This document shows, one piece after another, positions 50,465-59,530 of a stretch of DNA of 64,000 nucleotides; positions within the stretch are counted from its first letter, which is position 1; the number at the start of each line of letters is the position of its first letter. Source of the DNA: a bacterium. GTDB lineage: Bacteria > Patescibacteriota > Microgenomatia > Curtissbacterales > GWA2-41-24. The stretch covers positions 73,744-137,743 of the forward strand of contig JAKAJD010000001.1 of NCBI GenBank assembly GCA_021813945.1, written 5' to 3'. A program made the translations under genes and the position numbers. Below the pieces are notes generated by a model. It worked only from the letters and a program-made list of their open reading frames with translations, was not told the origin of the DNA and searched no databases.

Positions 50465-51897
50465 TGATTTTTTTGATACTTTTTGTTGGGCTTATTCTAA
50501 GACTTATCAGTCTTAACCAAAGCCTTTGGTTAGACGAAGCCATTAATGCAGTTTTCGTAAGGTCTCTCAACCTAAAGTCACTTATTTTCAATTACTCTCT
50601 TTCAGATTTTCATCCTCCTGCGTATCACGTTTTAATGCGCGGATGGATATTATTATTCGGATCTTCGGAAATTGCATTGAGAATGCCTTCAGTGATATTT
50701 GGAGTTGCGTCAATTTACCTAATTTATAAAATTGGAAAAACCCTCTTCGACGAAAAAACAGCGCTTATTGCTGCAACTCTTCTTTCAGTAGCACCACTTC
50801 ACATTTACTATTCTCAAGAGGCTCGGATGTACATGATGGCCTTCTTCTTTATAACTTCATCAGTCTATTTTTTTATCATGATCTTAAAGTTCGACAAGCT
50901 TTTCTATTGGATAGGTTTTATAGTCTCAACAGTACTGTTTCTTTATTCGGATTATTTACCATATCTCATGATTCCAACATATTTGATTTATCTTTTTGTC
51001 TTTAGAAAGAGAATCTCAAAATCGACCGTTAAATCATTTATCCCTGCATTTTTATTAATTTCTATTTTTATCGTCCCATGGTTATTGGTATTTCCAAAAC
51101 AACTGTCAACCGGCCTTTCTGCAGCAGCTGCCTCTCCAAGCTGGTCTCAAGTTGTGGGAGCACCTCAGCTAAAAACTCTTATGGTGACGTTTGTAAAATT
51201 CACAATTGGCAGAATTACAGAGGATAACAAACTCTCCTACGCCTTAATGTTTGCACCCATTGGATTTTTTGTGTCGCTTCTTTTTGCATTTTCAACGCTT
51301 AGAACTTCAAGACTAAGATCGTTTTTATATTTTTGGTTGTTTCTGCCGATTATTATTGCCTTTATCGTTTCTTTTTTCATTCCAATTTTTTCTTACTTTC
51401 GCTTAATTTTCGCACTTGGAGCATTTTATCTAATTTGGGCCTCCGCAATAAATACGGTCAACTGGACTTTACCTACAAGAATCCTTCTTGTTATTGCCAT
51501 TGCCATAAATTTAGGCTCCTCAATAATTTATCTTTTAAACCCAAAGTTTCAAAGAGAGGACTGGAAGAAAGCAGCTGCATACGTTTCCCGAAATGCTGAC
51601 AGAAACTCGATCGTTCTTTTCGAATCAACTTACACTCTTGCACCTTTTGATTATTACAACAGCCTAAATATAGATGCAAAAGGAGCTTTAGACAGTTTCA
51701 GTCCTTCGCCCGAAAAGGTTGCCGAAAATGTCAAAAATTACACACACGGTAAAAGCAAAGTCTTTCTCTTCCAGTATTTGTCACCAATAACAGACCCCAG
51801 GGGATTGGTTTTCGAAAATCTTTCAAAAGCTGGTTACACAAACATTAAAACCGAAGATATAAACGGTGTTGGGTTCATTTACGAATTTGAAAAATGA
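50464..51897 (+). CDS. GT-C glycosyltransferase (PMT_2 family)
   Basis: SLWLDEA, DFHPPAY, YSQEARMY, REDW. Confidence 0.85.
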   Translation: MIFLILFVGLILRLISLNQSLWLDEAINAVFVRSLNLKSLIFNYSLSDFHPPAYHVLMRGWILLFGSSEIALRMPSVIFGVASIYLIYKIGKTLFDEKTALIAATLLSVAPLHIYYSQEARMYMMAFFFITSSVYFFIMILKFDKLFYWIGFIVSTVLFLYSDYLPYLMIPTYLIYLFVFRKRISKSTVKSFIPAFLLISIFIVPWLLVFPKQLSTGLSAAAASPSWSQVVGAPQLKTLMVTFVKFTIGRITEDNKLSYALMFAPIGFFVSLLFAFSTLRTSRLRSFLYFWLFLPIIIAFIVSFFIPIFSYFRLIFALGAFYLIWASAINTVNWTLPTRILLVIAIAINLGSSIIYLLNPKFQREDWKKAAAYVSRNADRNSIVLFESTYTLAPFDYYNSLNIDAKGALDSFSPSPEKVAENVKNYTHGKSKVFLFQYLSPITDPRGLVFENLSKAGYTNIKTEDINGVGFIYEFEK

Positions 51898-51930
51898 GAA
51901 ACAGTCTTTACGAATTTGAATAATGAAAAA
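51878..51930 (+). repeat. Imperfect tandem duplication (24-bp match, 29-bp period) at a gene junction
   Basis: tttacgaatttgaaaaatgagaaa (51878) versus tttacgaatttgaataatgaaaaa (51907), 22/24 identical. Confidence 0.85.
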
Positions 51931-52666
51931 TATCGTAGTTGATTTTTTTAATAAATTCTATTGGAGGCAACATCCCGAAGCTGCCCTCAGATATTTGCCG
52001 GTCGTATCTCAGATAAGAAAGTCAAAACTTCAGGATTCGAAAATCCTAGAAATAGGCTCCGGCTCGCTTGGTATCTCACCATATCTCAAAAAGAAAATCG
52101 ACGCCATTGACGTTGATTTTTCGGGTCCCCAAACTGATTTAATAACTAAAGTTAAGGGAGAAGCGTGGAATTTACCTTTTAGAAAAAATGCGTACGATGT
52201 TTCAATTTCTGTCGACGTTTTAGAACACATCCCACCAAATTTAAGGGAACAAACCATTTACGAAATGTTAAGAGTTACAAAACAACTGGCAATTGTAGTT
52301 GTTCCAAGCGGTGACGATTCCGAAAAACAAGACAAAAAACTTCAAGCCAAATGGAACCACATCTTCAAAGAGAAAAACCAGTTTTTAGAAGAACATGTCA
52401 AAAACGGCCTGCCAACATCGGAAGAAATTTTGGTCTACGTCGATAAATCACTTCGCAAACTCAAAAAAACTGCAAGAACAAAATCCTACGCAAATTTAAA
52501 CTTAACAGTCAGAAGTATTCTGATGAATACCTGGATTACAAAGAACAAATTTAAGTACTACCTTTACCTTAAAGGCTATTTACTTCTTATTCCAATTTTA
52601 AAGTTCTGCAACTTCGGGAAAACTTACAGAAGGGTCTTTGTGATAGAATTTGGATCGTCCAAATAG
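51923..52666 (+). CDS. Class I SAM-dependent methyltransferase
   Basis: ILEIGSG, LPF, DVLEHIP. Confidence 0.85.
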   Translation: MKNIVVDFFNKFYWRQHPEAALRYLPVVSQIRKSKLQDSKILEIGSGSLGISPYLKKKIDAIDVDFSGPQTDLITKVKGEAWNLPFRKNAYDVSISVDVLEHIPPNLREQTIYEMLRVTKQLAIVVVPSGDDSEKQDKKLQAKWNHIFKEKNQFLEEHVKNGLPTSEEILVYVDKSLRKLKKTARTKSYANLNLTVRSILMNTWITKNKFKYYLYLKGYLLLIPILKFCNFGKTYRRVFVIEFGSSK

Positions 52667-52667
52667 T

Positions 52668-53888
52668 ATGAAGATTGCAATCGATATTTCACAGATTGTT
52701 TACGGAACAGGAGTCTCACGTTATAGTGAAAATTTGGTCAAAGCCCTACTGCAAGTAGATAACAAAAACCAGTACATCCTCCTTGCTTCCTCCTTAAGAA
52801 GCTACGGTAAGCTTGCCGCGTTCAAGGAAGAGCTCGAAAATTATCCGAATGTTGAGTTTAAATTCTCCAAATTGCCGCCTTCGATTTTGGAATTTTTATG
52901 GAACCGCCTCCACACATACCCTATTGAAAAAATGGTTGGTCCTGTGGATATTTTTCACTCTTCGGACTGGCTAGAGCCTCCGGTTATGTCAAAGGCTACC
53001 AAAAAGGTAACAACTGTCCACGACATGATTTCTTACTTATTCCCGTCATCCATGCATCCAAAAATCATTTCAAACCAAAAAAGAAGAATGGCACTTGTTA
53101 AAAAAGAATCCGATGCAATCATTGCCGATTCCAAAACTACAAAAGATGATGTGGTAAAGTTTTTAGAAATTCCCGAAGAAAAAGTAAAAGTAATTCCTCT
53201 TGCAGCGTCGGAAGATTTTAAACCTCAAAACGATGAATTTGTGGAAAATACCATGGCAAAATATAAGCTAAAAAAACCTTATATTCTTTCCGTTGCTACC
53301 CAGGAACCTCGAAAAAACCTTCAAAAATTGCTTGACGCTTTTGAGCAAGTTCTAAAAGTCAAACCCGATGCAAACTTGGTTTTAGTAGGAAAATATGGGT
53401 GGGGAGGCGGTTTGCATACTCCGGGAAATGTCATTTGGACAAATTATGTTCCCGAAGAAGACCTCGTCAATTTATATTCCGGCTGCCAGGTTTTTGTTTA
53501 TCCATCCCTATACGAGGGTTTCGGTTTGCCGATTTTAGAAGCCATGGCCTGCGGTGCACCGGTTATTACCTCCAATAACTCGTCTATGGAGGAAGTTGGC
53601 AAAAACGCAGCCATTTTAGTTGACCCAAGAAACGAAAAACAAATAGCAAAAGCAATTGAATTTGTCCTTAACCTCAATGGCGAAAATTACGAAAAAATGA
53701 AACATGCTAGTATCAGTCGCGCAAAAGAATATTCATGGGAAAAAACTGCCAAAGATACCTTAAAATTATATGAAGATTTAGTGAAGGAATCAGAAACTCA
53801 GGATGATCTAGTATATGACCATCAGAATAATCGATACAATCCAGATGAACAAGAAGAAATTTCTCCGGACAATTCCTCAATCGAGTAA
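52668..53888 (+). CDS. GT4 MtfB/WbaZ-like glycosyltransferase with acidic C-tail
   Basis: TGV.RY, TVHD, EPRKN, YEGFGLPILEAM. Confidence 0.9.
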   Translation: MKIAIDISQIVYGTGVSRYSENLVKALLQVDNKNQYILLASSLRSYGKLAAFKEELENYPNVEFKFSKLPPSILEFLWNRLHTYPIEKMVGPVDIFHSSDWLEPPVMSKATKKVTTVHDMISYLFPSSMHPKIISNQKRRMALVKKESDAIIADSKTTKDDVVKFLEIPEEKVKVIPLAASEDFKPQNDEFVENTMAKYKLKKPYILSVATQEPRKNLQKLLDAFEQVLKVKPDANLVLVGKYGWGGGLHTPGNVIWTNYVPEEDLVNLYSGCQVFVYPSLYEGFGLPILEAMACGAPVITSNNSSMEEVGKNAAILVDPRNEKQIAKAIEFVLNLNGENYEKMKHASISRAKEYSWEKTAKDTLKLYEDLVKESETQDDLVYDHQNNRYNPDEQEEISPDNSSIE

Positions 53889-53897
53889 AATAAAAGT

Positions 53898-54986
53898 ATG
53901 CTAATCGGCATCGACGGAAACGAGGCAAATGTAAAAAACCGCGTCGGTTCGGGCGTCTACGCGTTCGAACTTCTCAAAGAGTTTTCCAAAAACAAAACCC
54001 ACAATTTTACTGTTTATTTAAAAGAAAATCCTGAGCCCGATCTACCGAAAGAGTCAGAAAACTTTCATTATCTAGTATTCGGTCCGAGAAAACTTTGGAC
54101 TAGGTTTGCCCTACCTGTAAAACTGACTTTTGGCCCGGAAATCGATATTTTTTTCTCCATGGGACATTACGGTCCTTATTTTTCAAAAGTCCCTTACGCT
54201 GTCACTATTTTCGATTTGTCGTACCTCCATTTTCCGAAACTTTTTAAACAAGACGATCTATATCAACTAACTAACTGGTCAAAACGGTCAATCCTAAAAT
54301 CCAAACATATTTTTGCTATATCCGAGTCAACTAAGTCAGACATCATCAAAAATTACGGTGTCGATCCTTCCAAAATCATAGTTACTTATATGGGTTATGA
54401 TCAAAGCTTTAAACCTCAGCCAAAATTGGCAATCAATAAAGTCAAAAACAAATACAAAATAGAGCGGGATTACATAATCTTTATCGGAACCCTTCAGCCG
54501 CGCAAGAACATCGAAAAACTGATCGAGGCTTTCTCGGCATTAGACGCCGGAAGTTTGAATTTGGTAATTGTCGGTAAAAAAGGCTGGCTTTACGATTCCA
54601 TATTTCAAAAGGTCAAGGATAACGAATTGGAATCAAAGGTCATTTTTACAGACTTCGTGCCATCAAGTGATCTACCGACCCTGATTTCAGGCTCAAAAGC
54701 ATACGTTCTGCCTTCCCTTTGGGAAGGTTTCGGCATTCCGGTTATCGAAGCACAAGCTTGTGGTGTGCCTGTTGTCGTTTCGAATACCTCATCGCTTCCG
54801 GAAGTAGTAGGAGAAAGCGGAATTCTTATCAATCCCGAAAACATTGATTCAATCGCAGACGGCATCAAAAAGGCACTAGATGAAAAAACAAGCTCAGCCC
54901 TTGCCAAAAAAGGCTTCGAAAACATCGAGCGGTTCTCCTGGCAAAAATGCGCCCAGCAGACACTCAGGGTATTAGAAGGCCTGTAG
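53898..54986 (+). CDS. GT4 MtfB-like glycosyltransferase
   Basis: GTLQPRKN, WEGFGIPVIEA. Confidence 0.9.
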   Translation: MLIGIDGNEANVKNRVGSGVYAFELLKEFSKNKTHNFTVYLKENPEPDLPKESENFHYLVFGPRKLWTRFALPVKLTFGPEIDIFFSMGHYGPYFSKVPYAVTIFDLSYLHFPKLFKQDDLYQLTNWSKRSILKSKHIFAISESTKSDIIKNYGVDPSKIIVTYMGYDQSFKPQPKLAINKVKNKYKIERDYIIFIGTLQPRKNIEKLIEAFSALDAGSLNLVIVGKKGWLYDSIFQKVKDNELESKVIFTDFVPSSDLPTLISGSKAYVLPSLWEGFGIPVIEAQACGVPVVVSNTSSLPEVVGESGILINPENIDSIADGIKKALDEKTSSALAKKGFENIERFSWQKCAQQTLRVLEGL

Positions 54987-55052
54987 TCTGCGTGAAAATT
55001 GATCGTACGACCAACCCATAGTATAATTAACCAATAAAGCTGTGTTTTGCTT

Positions 55053-55058
55053 TATACT
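55053..55058 (+). promoter_or_regulatory. -10 box (leaderless type)
   Basis: TATACT 6 nt before ATG 55065; a second TATAAT lies at 55022. Confidence 0.5.
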
Positions 55059-55064
55059 TAAGAT

Positions 55065-55661
55065 ATGAAGGACCGCATGGGTAAAGAATTATCCGGTGGG
55101 GAAGTGGTATCAAAAGGCTTAAACCGCATTAAGTGGATCTGGCTGGATTTAGTGCTTTTTAAGCTCAATCTCGTTTCTGCAATAATCCCTTTTCATTCTG
55201 TCCGAAAATTCGTTTTTCGCCTCTTCGGTTTAAAAATAGGCAAAAATTCATTTATCCATATGCGCACCCGCTTTTTTAATCCCGCCGGGATATCAATCGG
55301 TGTTGGATCAATCGTAGGGGATGCCTGTTTTCTAGACGGCCGCGCTCGCCTCACAATAGGGAATAACGTGGATATAGCAACAGGCGTCATGGTCTACAAC
55401 AGCGAACACGACATTCATTCCGAAAATTTTGCCCCGATTGATGGAGAAGTGGAAATAGGGGACTACGTCTTTATCGGCCCCCGCGCCATTATCCTGCCGG
55501 GAGTTAAAATCGGTAAAGGCGCAGTTGTAGCAGCCGGCGCAGTTGTCACATCAAGCGTCAAAGATTTCGAAATAGTTGGTGGAGTTCCAGCTAAAGTCAT
55601 CGGTGAACGCAAAGCCAAAGACCTTCACTATAAACTCGGCCGCGCCAGACTTTTCCAGTAA
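55065..55661 (+). CDS. LbH (hexapeptide) acyltransferase
   Basis: LDGR, IGDYVFIG, ILPGVKIG, GGVPAK. Confidence 0.9.
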   Translation: MKDRMGKELSGGEVVSKGLNRIKWIWLDLVLFKLNLVSAIIPFHSVRKFVFRLFGLKIGKNSFIHMRTRFFNPAGISIGVGSIVGDACFLDGRARLTIGNNVDIATGVMVYNSEHDIHSENFAPIDGEVEIGDYVFIGPRAIILPGVKIGKGAVVAAGAVVTSSVKDFEIVGGVPAKVIGERKAKDLHYKLGRARLFQ

Positions 55662-55664
55662 ATT

Positions 55665-56555
55665 ATGGATCTTTCCGTAATAATCGTTAATTGGAATACC
55701 AAAAAACTTCTCGATGATTGTTTATCATCCATCTACAAATTCACTCGGGGTATCAAGTTTGAGGTGATAGTAATGGACAACGCTTCAGAAGACGGCAGCA
55801 CGCAAATGGTTGAAAAAAAATTTCCGCAAGTTAAGCTCATCAAAAACAAAGATAATATCGGTTTCACCAAAGCAAACAATCAAGGTATAAAAGTCGCGAA
55901 AGGGGACAGCATATTCCTTTTAAACTCCGATACGTATCTCATTGAAAACTCGCTCAAAAAACTTGTCGAAAAATCACAAACTGAGAATCCAAAAGTTGTT
56001 TTGGCTCCCCTGCTTCTAAACGAAAACCGCTCAATTCAACAATCCGTCGGCTTTTTCCCAAATCTCCCCCAAATTTTTTTCTGGATGAGCTTTATTGACG
56101 ATCTGCCGTTCGGTCAGTTTCTCAAACCGTATCATGAGGACCATGACACTTTTTACCAAAAAGAACAGGAAGTAGACTGGGCGACCGGTGCAGCAATCCT
56201 GGTTCCAAAAGAAGCAATAAAAAAGGCAGGCCCACTTGATGAAAAAATTTTTATGTACGGCGAAGATGTTGAATGGTGTTACCGGCTTAAAAAATTTGGG
56301 TATAAGATGCTTTTCTCACCGACAACGAAAATTGTCCACATTGGCAGGGGCTCATCCAAAAAAATACCCACGCGAGCTTTTATCGGTGAGTACCAAGGAG
56401 TCAAGTATTTTTATCAGAAATACAAAAGCTTTTTGGCTTTGCAAATTGCACGCATCTTCCTTAAAATAGGAGCATTACTACGCGTCGTTATATTTTCAAT
56501 TCTAGGCAGAAAGGAGCTTGCCCAAAGCTATGTCGAAGCTTTTAAAGTGGCTTGA
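55665..56555 (+). CDS. GT2 glycosyltransferase (WbbL/rhamnosyltransferase-like)
   Basis: IIVNWN, DNAS.D, LNSD, FMYGEDVEWC. Confidence 0.88.
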   Translation: MDLSVIIVNWNTKKLLDDCLSSIYKFTRGIKFEVIVMDNASEDGSTQMVEKKFPQVKLIKNKDNIGFTKANNQGIKVAKGDSIFLLNSDTYLIENSLKKLVEKSQTENPKVVLAPLLLNENRSIQQSVGFFPNLPQIFFWMSFIDDLPFGQFLKPYHEDHDTFYQKEQEVDWATGAAILVPKEAIKKAGPLDEKIFMYGEDVEWCYRLKKFGYKMLFSPTTKIVHIGRGSSKKIPTRAFIGEYQGVKYFYQKYKSFLALQIARIFLKIGALLRVVIFSILGRKELAQSYVEAFKVA

Positions 56556-58092
56556 CGACCACATACTTGAATACCTGAGCTTTGCGCTTTTAATTTTTAT
56601 CCCCTTATACCCGAAACTCCCTCTTGCCGATCTCATTCGAGGGTACATTGTGCGTTTGAGGTTAGACGATATTTTAGTTGCTTTTGCATTTGCTATTTGG
56701 ATAATTTGGCTTTTGAGGAAAAAAGTTTCTCTTAAAGGAAATCCTCTCTTTGTACCGATGGCTATTTACATCATTGTCGGTTTTATATCTTCACTTTCTG
56801 CAATTTTTATAACCAAAACTGTGCCCTTTCAGCTGATCCATATGGAAAAGCTGTTTTTAAACTACGGACGAAGAATCGAATATTTTTCCGTTTTTTTCGT
56901 TTTCTTTTCTTCCATAAAATCACTCGAGCAAATTAAAAAATATGTATATGTCGCAGCTGTAGTCTTGCTTTTGGTTTCGATTTACGGATTTGGTCAAAAA
57001 TATCTTTACTGGCCTGCTTTTTCAACCATGAATAGGGAATTTTCCAAAGGTATCGTTCTTTATCTAACGCCTCACGCCAGGGTCCTTTCAACTTTCGGAG
57101 GCCATTATGACCTTGCCGCATATTTAGTCGTAGTTTTAACACTTTTTATTCCACTCATTTTCGTAGTCAAAAAAATCTGGGTAAAATTCGCTCTAGCTTT
57201 AATTTCATTTTCCGGTTTTTGGCTTTTGATACTAACCGTTTCAAGGACTTCGTTTCTTGCTTACCTTGCATCAATTACAATTGCCTTTCTTATTCTTGCG
57301 ACGAAAAAAAGCTGGAAGTGGTCACTTATTCATTGGATTGTCGTAATCTTTATTTCGCTTGGAATTATGCTTTCATTTGGAGATTTGTCGCAACGTTTCT
57401 CACACGTCTTAAAATTGGATGCCATTAAAAACACGGCACTTTCTCCTATCAAAAAAGAATTGCCTTCCGGCAAAAATGTAGCTTTTCTAGATATTGGCTC
57501 AAATTCCGACATGCCACCAACCACAGTTAAACCGGGGTCAACACCGCAACCTGGGCAAAAACCATCCGATGTTTACAAAGAAGTTCCTCTCTACGGTACT
57601 CAATCTGGAACATATGCTGCAATTCCGAGGGTTTATTCTCAAAATGCGGTTTCTTATGACCTTTCAACCGGAATCCGCCTTGACTATACATGGCCTCATG
57701 CCATTGCCGGTTTTGAGAAAAATCCGCTTCTAGGCTCCGGCTATTCAACGCTTCAAAAAAGTAATATTGAAACTTTCACAGAAGCCGAATCTACCGATAA
57801 TGATTTCCTGAGAGCACTGGGTGAAACGGGCCTTTTGGGCTTTCTTAGCTTCTTTGGAATCATTGCCCTGGTTTGCTATTTGGGACTTCGGGATTTTGGC
57901 AAAATCGACAATCTCTTTTATGCAACCATAGTTGCCGCTATTTCTGCAGGGATTATTGGCCTTCTTGTAAACGGTATTCTAATTGATGTTTTTGAAGCCT
58001 CAAAAGTGGCTTATATTTTGTGGATTATGGCGGCTATATTGCTAGCAACTGTTAAGTTGGCCACACGCCAGCCTAAAACGTCCAAAACGTGA
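56530..58092 (+). CDS. O-antigen ligase / O-oligosaccharyltransferase family protein (Wzy_C)
   Basis: RV.STFGG, LT.SRTS, large periplasmic loop, S..IR..W..A, NPLLGSG, STDNDFLRALGETG. Confidence 0.8.
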   Translation: MSKLLKWLDDHILEYLSFALLIFIPLYPKLPLADLIRGYIVRLRLDDILVAFAFAIWIIWLLRKKVSLKGNPLFVPMAIYIIVGFISSLSAIFITKTVPFQLIHMEKLFLNYGRRIEYFSVFFVFFSSIKSLEQIKKYVYVAAVVLLLVSIYGFGQKYLYWPAFSTMNREFSKGIVLYLTPHARVLSTFGGHYDLAAYLVVVLTLFIPLIFVVKKIWVKFALALISFSGFWLLILTVSRTSFLAYLASITIAFLILATKKSWKWSLIHWIVVIFISLGIMLSFGDLSQRFSHVLKLDAIKNTALSPIKKELPSGKNVAFLDIGSNSDMPPTTVKPGSTPQPGQKPSDVYKEVPLYGTQSGTYAAIPRVYSQNAVSYDLSTGIRLDYTWPHAIAGFEKNPLLGSGYSTLQKSNIETFTEAESTDNDFLRALGETGLLGFLSFFGIIALVCYLGLRDFGKIDNLFYATIVAAISAGIIGLLVNGILIDVFEASKVAYILWIMAAILLATVKLATRQPKTSKT

Positions 58093-59528
58093 AGAAGTTT
58101 GAAATTATCCTTTTGATTTTTATTTTATCGATTGCTTTTGCAGTCAGGTTATATAAAATTAACCGGCCAATTGCCGATTGGCATTCTTGGCGTCAGGCAG
58201 ACACCGCTGCTGTTTCCCGCAACTTCATAAAGGAGGGCTTCAACCCTTTGATCCCAACATATGATGACATGTCCTCTCAAACAAATGGTCTCGATAATCC
58301 CAACCGCTATCGCTTTGTGGAATTCCCAATCTATAACATTTTGATTGCTGCGGTCTGGTCGGTGACAGGGATAAACGTAACCTACGCCAGGCTAGTAACA
58401 GTAGTAATCACGCTTTTGTCTACTGGCCTTCTCTATCTTTTAGTTCGAAAATTCTCAGGAGTTATGGTTGCTGCGCTCTCTTCTTTTTTCTTTGCCACAA
58501 TTCCCTATAACGTTTTCTACTCATCCACAATTCTTCCTGCACCTCTTATGGTTATGTCAGTTTTGGCTTTGTATCTTTCATTTTCTAACTGGCTGGAAAA
58601 CGAAAAAAGCTTTCTCTGGGCAGCACTTTCCGTAATCTTCGCCAACGTCGCAATTTTGGTTTGGCCGATTGCCCTTTTTTTCATGTTGCCTATTATCTAC
58701 TTAACTTTTCAGAAGCATGAATTTGGAGCTATCAAAAAGCTTAATCTCTGGCTTTTTGCAATTTTGTCTTTGCTGCCATTTCTTTTCTGGAGAGCCTGGA
58801 TGACCAAATTCCCTGCCGGTATTCCAAGCTGGCAATTTTTAATAAATGAAGGCAACATCCGTTTTAAAGGCGCATTTTTTAGATGGTTAATTGCCGAAAG
58901 GTTTGGAAATTTAATCTTAACCGTTGGAGGCTTCTCTCTCTTTATTTTGGGTTTAGTTAGAAAACCAGAGACCAAAGAAAAGTTTTTTTACTACAGTTGG
59001 CTAGCCTCTGTCGCTTTTTATTTCACCGTTTTCGCGTCCGGAAATGTCAGGCACGACTATTATCAAATTCCTACTGTTCCAATTCTTGCAATTTTTATGG
59101 CTCTTGGCGTCAAGTTTTTGGTGGAAAAACCGAAAGAGTATTTCAACAAATACGTTGGAATCTTAGCCGCTGTAGTTTTGGTGCTTTTTATGTATGCATT
59201 CGGCTTTTACGAGGTACAAGGTCATTATTGGATCAACCGCCCTCAAATAATAGAAGCCGGTCAGGCTGCCGATCGTATTTTGCCCAAAAATGCGACCGTG
59301 ATTGCTCCCTATAACGGCGATACCGCCTTTCTTTATCAAACGAACCGCCACGGTTACCCGGTCGTAGACAGATCACTTTCAGATTTTGTGAAAAATGGAA
59401 CAGATTACCTAGTGTCCGTTGATGTTGCAGACGCCGGAATTGCCAACCTTGCCAAAAACTGCCGAACTCTAGAAAAAACTTCAGACTATGTAATCATTCA
59501 GTTAAGCCTTGATTGTGTTGGTAAGTAG
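58089..59528 (+). CDS. GT-C glycosyltransferase (PMT_2-like)
   Basis: HSWRQADT..VSRNF, EFPIY, HDYYQ. Confidence 0.82.
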   Translation: MKKFEIILLIFILSIAFAVRLYKINRPIADWHSWRQADTAAVSRNFIKEGFNPLIPTYDDMSSQTNGLDNPNRYRFVEFPIYNILIAAVWSVTGINVTYARLVTVVITLLSTGLLYLLVRKFSGVMVAALSSFFFATIPYNVFYSSTILPAPLMVMSVLALYLSFSNWLENEKSFLWAALSVIFANVAILVWPIALFFMLPIIYLTFQKHEFGAIKKLNLWLFAILSLLPFLFWRAWMTKFPAGIPSWQFLINEGNIRFKGAFFRWLIAERFGNLILTVGGFSLFILGLVRKPETKEKFFYYSWLASVAFYFTVFASGNVRHDYYQIPTVPILAIFMALGVKFLVEKPKEYFNKYVGILAAVVLVLFMYAFGFYEVQGHYWINRPQIIEAGQAADRILPKNATVIAPYNGDTAFLYQTNRHGYPVVDRSLSDFVKNGTDYLVSVDVADAGIANLAKNCRTLEKTSDYVIIQLSLDCVGK

Positions 59529-59530
59529 AA

